From an uncultured archaeon (GTDB taxonomy: Archaea > Iainarchaeota > Iainarchaeia > Iainarchaeales > GCA-2688035): DNA of 12,294 nucleotides. The notes beneath the pieces are model-generated. The model saw only the letters and a list, made by a program, of their open reading frames with translations, was not told where the DNA came from and did no database searches. The stretch covers positions 1 through 12,294 of the forward strand of contig CAYHBD010000011.1 in the NCBI GenBank assembly GCA_964354805.1, read 5' to 3'. The translations under genes were made by a program, and so were the position numbers. Of this stretch, positions 1 through 6,080 are shown one piece after another (position 1 is the stretch's first letter; the number at the start of each line of letters is the position of its first letter).

Positions 1-2
1 CA

Positions 3-983
3 TTACAGGACATTCCGGTAGATGGTTCAGCCAGCTTGAAGCGCTTTGGGCCTGTTCTTTCGCCAGGCACCTATACGCTTGTTGTAAAGGCAGTGCACGG
101 CACTGAATCTGCAGAGATTGCAAGGGAATTCACTGTAGCGCCATTGCCTTTTCCGCTGCTGCAGGTGGTCAGTGCAGCGGCTTTGCTCCTGCTTTTGTTT
201 TCAGCAGTGTTCATAACAACAAGGTTCATTGCGCCCAGAAGAGTTTTGAGCAGGCAGCCTGTTGTGCCTGCTGAAACCGCTTTTAGGGAAGAGGCGCCAG
301 TGAAAAAAATTTTAAAGCCTGTTGTGCAGAGGCTGCTTTTGTTTGAAAGCCAATCGAGCGGAATTCCTGATGAGATTGAGATAAGCAGGCTGCTTGATGG
401 TGCAGGGCTGAAAGCAGCTGAAAGGAAAAAAGCGCTGGACTCTTTTGTGGGCAGGGTTCAGCTGCAGCAGACAGTGAAATGCTATGTTGTCAGCAAAGAG
501 ATTTGCAGCAGCGGCTTTGAAACAGTTGTTTCATTTTCCGTTGCAAACAATACAAACAGGAACTGGCTGAATATGGTTGCAGTTGCAAGGCTGCCGAAAT
601 TCCTTGGAAACAATGTTTTGTCAATAGCAAGCGATGCAAAAACAAGGGTTGAAAGGCACGGCGACATTTTGCAGTTCACGCTGAAAAAAGTCAGGGCAAT
701 GCAGAGTGCAACAGTCTCCTACAGCTTTGACAAATTGATTTCGCAGCCCGAGGCAAACACTGTTCCACTGCCTGTTGTAATCGGCTTTGAGGAAAGCGAG
801 CCACTGGTCATAACTGAGGTGAGAGAGGAAAACCCAATTGTGCTTGAGGCAGGCGCAGAGGAAAGCAGTGAAAAAGAGCTCAAAGTTGTGGCAGTGAAAA
901 AGCCTGCCAAAAAGGCGGGGGCTGCTAAAAAATCTGGCAAAGGCAGGCAGAGCATAACTATGGCGAAAAGCCCAGATAATTGA
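3..983 (+). CDS. Membrane-anchored hypothetical protein, C-terminal part (5'-truncated); Ig-like segment, one TM helix, beta-rich C-terminal domain, Lys/Ala-rich tail
   Basis: Frame is open from the window edge (LQDIPVDGSASLKRF...), so the TTG at 36 is unlikely to be the real start. PGTYTLVVKAVHG looks like an Ig-type strand and LLQVVSAAALLLLLFSAVFI is hydrophobic. Stop TGA at 981-983. Confidence 0.7.
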   Translation, partial: LQDIPVDGSASLKRFGPVLSPGTYTLVVKAVHGTESAEIAREFTVAPLPFPLLQVVSAAALLLLLFSAVFITTRFIAPRRVLSRQPVVPAETAFREEAPVKKILKPVVQRLLLFESQSSGIPDEIEISRLLDGAGLKAAERKKALDSFVGRVQLQQTVKCYVVSKEICSSGFETVVSFSVANNTNRNWLNMVAVARLPKFLGNNVLSIASDAKTRVERHGDILQFTLKKVRAMQSATVSYSFDKLISQPEANTVPLPVVIGFEESEPLVITEVREENPIVLEAGAEESSEKELKVVAVKKPAKKAGAAKKSGKGRQSITMAKSPDN

Positions 984-1000
984 ATAACTAAATTGCTTTC

Positions 1001-1051
1001 CTTACAAAGCAAAGCTTTGTGAGGCCTCGCAAAAGCTATGCTTTTGCAAGG
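1001..1051. terminator. Two adjacent triloop hairpins downstream of the first CDS (possible terminator or stabilising structure)
   Basis: CTTACAAAGC-AAA-GCTTTGTGAG (1001-1023, one G.T pair) and CCTCGCAAAAGC-TAT-GCTTTTGCAAGG (1025-1051, one mismatch). Confidence 0.4.
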
Positions 1052-1191
1052 TTGCATATAGCAAACTGCAATAAAAAGTTCAAAAATAGGCAGTTCGCTA
1101 TAATTAAAAAACCTGCCATTTAATAGATTTAATTAAAGGCATTCATTGAACAGTTTAATTCAACGATTGCATAAACTTGGAGGTGCTATTG

Positions 1192-1464
1192 ATGGCAGAA
1201 GAGAACGTTGTTTTCGTTGGAAAAAAGGGGACAATGAGCTATGTGCTTGCTGTTGTGACCCAGATGAACATGGGGGCAAAAGAGGTAGCAATCAAGGCAA
1301 GGGGCAGGGCAATCAGCAGGGCAGTTGACGTAGCGGAAATAGTGAAAAACAAGTTCGTGACAGATGCAAAAATCACGGAAATAAAGACTGCAACAGAGGA
1401 AATAACCACAGAAGAGGGAACCCCGCTAAAATTGTCAGCAATTGAAATAACAATAAAGAAATAA
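1192..1464 (+). CDS. albA: DNA/RNA-binding protein Alba (90 aa)
   Basis: Alba signatures [31 protein letters not shown] and SAIEITI. SD GGAGGTG at 1179-1185 supports ATG 1192 over the ORF-track start at 1177. Confidence 0.96.
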   Translation: MAEENVVFVGKKGTMSYVLAVVTQMNMGAKEVAIKARGRAISRAVDVAEIVKNKFVTDAKITEIKTATEEITTEEGTPLKLSAIEITIKK

Positions 1465-1471
1465 ATCTGGA

Positions 1472-1533
1472 AAGGGTTTTTCTGCGAAGCATTTTTTTCC
1501 CAAGGGTTTTTTCCGAAGGAAAAAAGGCTTTTT
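1472..1533 (+). terminator. T-tracts and GAA-triloop hairpins after albA
   Basis: TGC-GAA-GCA (1483-1491) followed by T7; TTTTTTCC-GAA-GGAAAAAA (1507-1525); AAGGGTTTTT repeated at 1472 and 1502. Confidence 0.5.
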
Positions 1534-1695
1534 AATTTTAACCTCCTTCTTTTTCTATTTTTTTATTTTGAATTCCATTTATTGGCTAAAAAAGAGTTTC
1601 AAATAGTATAAATTCTATAATTTATTATATATAATATACTTCACTTGGTTTGGAATCCAAATTTTTGGCTCTCATTTATTCAGGCTTCCGAAAAC

Positions 1696-1750
1696 CGAAA
1701 AGTATATAAATATCATGATACTATCATGATACATCATGGTGGGTCATGAC
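1696..1750 (+). promoter_or_regulatory. BRE/TATA promoter plus four phased TCATG(A) palindromes (putative operator array)
   Basis: CGAAAAG-TATATAAA (1696-1710) lies about 26 nt before ATG 1736, implying a leaderless mRNA. TATCATGATA at 1711-1720 and 1722-1731, CATCATGGTG at 1732-1741, GTCATGAC at 1743-1750. Confidence 0.7.
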
Positions 1751-2230
1751 TCTGTCAAGGAGCTGTCAGACATCCTGAATGACAGCGAGCTGGTTAAAAA
1801 GATTAGCCCGCGCTTCAACGAGCTAAGCCTTGATGCACAGGAAATAAGCAAATACAGCGAAAACCCAGTTTTTTTGGCAATGCTATTGTTCAAACTGGCT
1901 GAAGAAAGGGACAAAACCAACAAAATGCTTGAACAAATATTCGACAAATTCGATGCAATAATGCTTAAATTAAAAACAGAGCAAGGCAGTGCTGCAAGAG
2001 AAAGCATGCCAACAGCAGCAGAAACAAACGCTCCCCTTGCGGAACAAGACCAGATAATAATGCACCTAGCCAAAGCAAACGGGCAAATAGGCGCAGACCT
2101 GGTCAAAACAGAACTAGGATACAAAGGAAAAAACGCTGCATCGCAGCGCCTAAACCGCTTATTCAAGGAAGGGCATTTAAGAAAAATTCAAGCCGGGAGG
2201 AAGGTATTATACTTGGCAAAGATCATTTAG
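1736..2230 (+). CDS. Putative DNA-binding protein: N-terminal helical/coiled-coil region plus C-terminal winged helix-turn-helix
   Basis: C-terminus LAEQDQIIMHLAKANGQIGADLVKTELGY...NAASQRLNRLFKEGHLRKIQAGRKVLY has the wHTH pattern. LAEERDKTNKMLEQIFDKFDAIMLKL is heptad-like. Good promoter upstream. Confidence 0.75.
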   Translation: MVGHDSVKELSDILNDSELVKKISPRFNELSLDAQEISKYSENPVFLAMLLFKLAEERDKTNKMLEQIFDKFDAIMLKLKTEQGSAARESMPTAAETNAPLAEQDQIIMHLAKANGQIGADLVKTELGYKGKNAASQRLNRLFKEGHLRKIQAGRKVLYLAKII

Positions 2231-2310
2231 AGTTTTGCCTTCTTGTAAAAACTCCCAACCCCACCTTCTTTGCCAAATCCCCCCGGCCTTAAATGCCCCC
2301 TCCTTTGCCT

Positions 2311-2422
2311 AAGCCTTTCTTTTTAGAAAAAAGAAAGCCTTGTGAAAGAAAAACATTTGCTTCGCAAAGAGCCTTCGGCACAGCTTTTCTTTTGGAAAAA
2401 GAAAAGCTGTATCAAAAGAAAA
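2311..2422 (+). repeat. Composite intergenic repeat: degenerate 43-bp element, two triloop mini-hairpins, full 43-bp element
   Basis: Degenerate copy 2311-2352; TTTGC-TTC-GCAAA 2356-2368; GCC-TTC-GGC 2371-2379; ACAGCTTTTCTTTT-GGA-AAAAGAAAAGCTGT-ATCAAAAGAAAA 2380-2422. Confidence 0.85.
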
Positions 2423-2446
2423 AGAGGTGTGGGTTAAAATTTTTCC

Positions 2447-3745
2447 CTATTTCACAAAAGCGCTTGCTGTTACGCCGGCATCCCAGCTCAGCCTTGGCCT
2501 GATTTTGACCATTAAAATCTTTTCGCTGTTGTCGTCAACGATTAAGGCATATCCCTTGCTTCTGGGCATTTCCTGGAAATAGTGGTCGAAATCCTGATGC
2601 ATATAGCTCGGCCTCAGGGCGCTCACTGCCTCAATGTCAGGCTGCGAGGTCATCCTGTGCGAAATGAACAAATCGCACTGGCTGATTGCGTCAGGGTGCA
2701 ATTTTTCAGGCCTCTGGGTTGCAAGCACAAGGCTCAGGCCAGGCTGCCTTCCTACACGAACCCATTCCAGCAGAACCTTTAAGCCGATTGTTTCCTCATC
2801 CTTGGGCATAAACATGTGCGCTTCGTCAATAAACATCCAGACAATAGGCATTGCTGACTGCTTTTTCTCTCCCCTAACCAGGCGCATTTCCTCTTCTTTT
2901 CTGTACAGCATTCTTTCCTCAAAAAGCTTTTTTCCAAGCAGTGCAACAATGATGTCCTTTGTGCCTTCCATTCCGACAGCCTGCCTGTAAGCGCTTACAT
3001 CAATCACTGTTATTGTAGCAGGCTTTGCTATTTCACTGATCTTTGTCCCCTTTTTCTCAATCAGGCCCCAGCTCTGTGCAGCCTGCAGCCTGTTAATCAG
3101 TGCCTGCCTTGTGCCTGGCTCTGACTCCTTGTCATGCTTTATTGCTGAAATAATGTCTTCAATTCCGTAAAATGTTCCGAGTTTTTCCTTGACTATTTCA
3201 ACTGCTCTTGTAATAAGAATGCCTTCCTTGTCGCTCCAGTTCAGCCTGAACAAAGCCATCCATTCAACTGCCTCAAGCTCGCTTGCCTTCAAGGTGAAAG
3301 CGCTGTCAAAAGGAATGCCCCTGCTCTTATAGAACTCTGTTCTCCCTGCCGGAACCAAAACCCTTACATTTGTTGCAGAAGGCTGCAGGCCCCATTCAGC
3401 CAGTTCCTCCAACCGCTCCCTTGCCGGCAGCTTGAGGCTCCAAAAAATTCCAACGCTGTCAATCACAATAACGCTAATTCGCTGCCTTAGCTCAAGCGGC
3501 AACCTTGCCATTTCCTCCAGCAAAACCGCAAGGCTATAGCTTTTTCCGTAGCCCCTTTTTCCGCAAATCAAAATAAGGTGAGGTTCAGCCAGGTCAACCA
3601 AAACCTTGCTGCCCAAAACAGGTCTCTCTCCGCTTGACATCAAAACCTTTCCAAAATAGCCGCAGCCAACGCTGCCGTATTTTTCAATTCCAGACAACTC
3701 CCTGCCAACAATGTTCTCGCCAATTCCCAATTCACTTACAGCCAT
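2447..3745 (-). CDS. HerA/FtsK-superfamily P-loop ATPase (DUF87-like), stand-alone
   Basis: PHLILICGKRGYGKS Walker A; IVIDSVG; WMFIDEAH Walker B; GRQPGLSLVLATQRP motif typical of HerA/FtsK/VirB4 ATPases. Confidence 0.88.
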   Translation of the reverse strand: MAVSELGIGENIVGRELSGIEKYGSVGCGYFGKVLMSSGERPVLGSKVLVDLAEPHLILICGKRGYGKSYSLAVLLEEMARLPLELRQRISVIVIDSVGIFWSLKLPARERLEELAEWGLQPSATNVRVLVPAGRTEFYKSRGIPFDSAFTLKASELEAVEWMALFRLNWSDKEGILITRAVEIVKEKLGTFYGIEDIISAIKHDKESEPGTRQALINRLQAAQSWGLIEKKGTKISEIAKPATITVIDVSAYRQAVGMEGTKDIIVALLGKKLFEERMLYRKEEEMRLVRGEKKQSAMPIVWMFIDEAHMFMPKDEETIGLKVLLEWVRVGRQPGLSLVLATQRPEKLHPDAISQCDLFISHRMTSQPDIEAVSALRPSYMHQDFDHYFQEMPRSKGYALIVDDNSEKILMVKIRPRLSWDAGVTASAFVK

Positions 3746-3808
3746 AAAATCAACTGATAAAAGAAGGGATTAGAAAAATATAAATTTATGCTTTAAAGCT
3801 TTCGAATT

Positions 3809-4894
3809 CTAAAATCGTTGGAATCTTTTTCCCAGTTGCTCGAACTTTCCTTCAATTATTGCTTGCCTCGCCTGCTTCACCAAATTCGCAGTAAAGTGCA
3901 AATTGTGCAGCGATAAAAGCATTTTGCTGTTCTCTTCCTTCACTTTGAACAAATGGTGCAGGTATGCCCTGCTGTGCTGCGTGCAGACAGGGCAGGCGCA
4001 TTTAGCATCCAACGGCCTGAAATCAAATTTGAACGCGCTCTTGCACACATCAATGTTTCCCTTTTCAGTGAAAGCCAGGCCGTGCCTTGCAGTCCTTGTC
4101 GGAAAACAGCTGTCAAAAACATCAATGCCGAGGGCAATGCACTGCAGCAATTCCAGGGGCGAGCCAACGCCCATGAGATAGCGGGGCTTTTCTTCCAGGA
4201 TTATTTTATTGCTCAATGAAACCATGCGCAGCATTTTCTGCTTTGGCTCTCCAATGCACAGTCCGCCCAAAGCAATTCCGTCAAAATCAATTGAACTGAT
4301 TTGTTCAGCGCTTTTCCTCCTGAGCTTTTCAATCGTTCCCCCTTGGCAAATTCCAAACAAAAGCTGCTTTTTTGCTTTGTGCGCTTCCCTGCACCGCTTT
4401 GCCCATTGGAATGTTCTTGCAGCGCTTTCAGCAATTCTTTTTGCATTGCTGCCGTGCAATGGAACATCATCAAGGCACATTGCGACATCAGAGCCAAGGG
4501 CATTTTGTATTTCAATGCATTTCTCAGAGCTGAGAAAGCTGCGGCTTTTGTCAAAAGGGTTTCTGAAAAAAACCCCGTTATCGTTTATTTTTAACAAAAA
4601 TTCTTCACTTAGCACCTGGAAGCCGCCTGAGTCAGTGAAAATTCCTTTGCTCCAGTTCATGAAGCTATGCAGTCCGCCTGCTTTTTTTATTACAGCCAAG
4701 CCTGGCTGCAGGGAGAGCAGGTAAGCGTTTGCAATAAAGCACTGCACGCCAGCTGCCCTGCATTCATCAAGCGAAATCCATTTCAACGCCGCTTTTGTTG
4801 CAACAGGCATGAAAAGAGGAGTTTGAATTGTGCCGTGCGCTGTGTGCAGCAGCCCTGCCCTTGCTTTTCCGTCTGTTGCAATTATTTTGAACAC
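3809..4894 (-). CDS. tgt: tRNA-guanine transglycosylase, bacterial/eukaryotic (queuosine, G34) type
   Basis: ARAG..HG.IQTPLFMPVAT, GGLHSFMNW, TDSGGFQV, QGG, GGLCIGE, KPRYLMGVG, FDSCFPTRTARHG, zinc site CACPVC...RAYLHHL...LHNL. At 361 aa it has no C-terminal PUA extension of the archaeosine TGT. GTG start. Confidence 0.93.
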   Translation of the reverse strand: MFKIIATDGKARAGLLHTAHGTIQTPLFMPVATKAALKWISLDECRAAGVQCFIANAYLLSLQPGLAVIKKAGGLHSFMNWSKGIFTDSGGFQVLSEEFLLKINDNGVFFRNPFDKSRSFLSSEKCIEIQNALGSDVAMCLDDVPLHGSNAKRIAESAARTFQWAKRCREAHKAKKQLLFGICQGGTIEKLRRKSAEQISSIDFDGIALGGLCIGEPKQKMLRMVSLSNKIILEEKPRYLMGVGSPLELLQCIALGIDVFDSCFPTRTARHGLAFTEKGNIDVCKSAFKFDFRPLDAKCACPVCTQHSRAYLHHLFKVKEENSKMLLSLHNLHFTANLVKQARQAIIEGKFEQLGKRFQRF

Positions 4895-4927
4895 AGCAAA
4901 TCACTTCAAATGAGAACTGTTTAATTG

Positions 4928-4970
4928 TTTTCTTTTGGTACAGCTTTTCTTTTCCCAAAAGAAAAGGTGT
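4928..4970 (-). repeat. 43-bp hairpin repeat copy 1 nt downstream of tRNA-Val
   Basis: Minus strand ACACCTTTTCTTTT-GGG-AAAAGAAAAGCTGT-ACCAAAAGAAAA, near-identical to 2380-2422 and 8191-8233. Confidence 0.88.
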
Positions 4971-4971
4971 A

Positions 4972-5043
4972 TGGACCTGGCCGGAATCGAACCGGCTACC
5001 TTATGCGTGTGAAGCATACGTCATACCAATAGACCACAGGTCC
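4972..5043 (-). tRNA. tRNA-Val(CAC), intronless, CCA not encoded
   Basis: GGACCTG-TG-GTCTATTGGTATGAC-G-TATGC-TTCACAC-GCATA-AGGTA-GCCGG-TTCGATT-CCGGC-CAGGTCC-A folds as a full cloverleaf with anticodon CAC and discriminator A. Confidence 0.96.
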
Positions 5044-5118
5044 AATGAAAACAGCCTTAAATAGCTTTTTCGATGCAAAAATTTAAATACCAAATGCGCT
5101 TAATTGTTATTGGTTTTA

Positions 5119-6075
5119 ATGAAAAAGTTTGCCTTTGCCTTGTTGTTTTTGCTGTTGGCTTCTGCCGCAAGCGCGGCAATTGATTTGCAGGGCAGCGTTG
5201 CGGCAAACAGCGTTTTGAGCTTTAGTGTTTCTTTGCCTTCTGCCAGCTCTTTCAGGGAGGCAATTGTTTTTTTGGATTCAGATGAGCTTATCGGTGTTTA
5301 CACTTTCCAGAGCAAGGTCAAGATTGATGAGGACAGCCTCAATAAAACAAAAGTAGTGAGCAGTGCTGTTGTTGAAAACGTTGTTTACCTTTCAATTGCT
5401 GCCTTGAGAAGCGGCTCTCACACAGTGAAAGTGCAGGTTGACGGCACTGAAACAGAAAGCAGGGAAATAACTGTTTTCGAGCCGCTGGATTCAGAGCAGA
5501 TTGCTGAAATGCAGAAAGATCTCAGCGGCCTGAGGGGAACTGTTATTGCACAGGAGGAAAGGCTGAATGCCCTGCAGGCTGATTCTCTGAGGAAAGAAGA
5601 CAAAGACCAGCTGCTGGCTGAAATCGATTCACTGAAAGAAAAGCTTGATTCAATGCAGTCAAGCCTTGATTCTGTTGCAGCTGATGAAAGCCAGAACAAA
5701 GAGAGCATAGATGGCCTGGTTGCTGAAACACAGGCATTGAAGCAGCAGGCAGCCAAATTGAACGAATCAATGGAAAGCGGCTTCTTTGGCTTGGGCAAAT
5801 CATGGCAGGGCATTGGATTGATTGCGGCTCTTTTTATTGCTGCAATAATTGTGATTGCCGTTGCTTATTCTAAAAGGCACTTGTTCCATTTCAAGCGCAG
5901 CCTTTACAGCAAGCGCATGAGCACTGATGATTTGGGTGAAGCGATTGGAGAAGGGGATGGCGTAATTGCTGCCGAAGGGCTTGCCGCTGAAGCAAAGCCA
6001 GGCAAGTGGGCGCTTGAAAGGCCAGTGCAGGAAAAAAGTCACAAGTTCCACTTCGGGGATTTGATTAAAAAATAG
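5119..6075 (+). CDS. Secreted, C-terminally anchored surface protein (signal peptide, beta-sandwich, coiled coil, TM helix, cytoplasmic tail)
   Basis: MKKFAFALLFLLLASAASA signal peptide (ATG 5119, TTTAAATA at 5082-5089); long heptad region IAEMQKDLSGL...AKLNESM; TM GIGLIAALFIAAIIVIAVAY followed by basic residues. Confidence 0.8.
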   Translation: MKKFAFALLFLLLASAASAAIDLQGSVAANSVLSFSVSLPSASSFREAIVFLDSDELIGVYTFQSKVKIDEDSLNKTKVVSSAVVENVVYLSIAALRSGSHTVKVQVDGTETESREITVFEPLDSEQIAEMQKDLSGLRGTVIAQEERLNALQADSLRKEDKDQLLAEIDSLKEKLDSMQSSLDSVAADESQNKESIDGLVAETQALKQQAAKLNESMESGFFGLGKSWQGIGLIAALFIAAIIVIAVAYSKRHLFHFKRSLYSKRMSTDDLGEAIGEGDGVIAAEGLAAEAKPGKWALERPVQEKSHKFHFGDLIKK

Positions 6076-6080
6076 CTTAT

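Noticed and set aside
2254-2310. ORB elements (G-strings on the minus strand)
   Set aside because: The TTCCA...GAAA core is missing and there is no orc1/cdc6 in the window.
2293-2502. 69-aa ORF (also 4767-4958 minus and 8094-8324 plus)
   Set aside because: These are translations of the intergenic repeat (shared EKEKLYQKK or FSF strings) or overlap a tRNA or real gene.
2447-3745. HerA-NurA repair operon or Sir2-HerA defence system
   Set aside because: No partner nuclease or effector gene is adjacent.
3809-4894. Archaeosine TGT or DpdA DNA-modification system
   Set aside because: Length and motifs match the G34 tRNA enzyme; there is no PUA extension and no dpd or que cluster nearby.
3903-4924. 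Many 60-170 aa antisense or alternate-frame ORFs inside tgt (similarly inside the ATPase, CysK-like gene, vapC and trpS)
   Set aside because: Fully nested in well-supported genes, with no motifs or translation signals.
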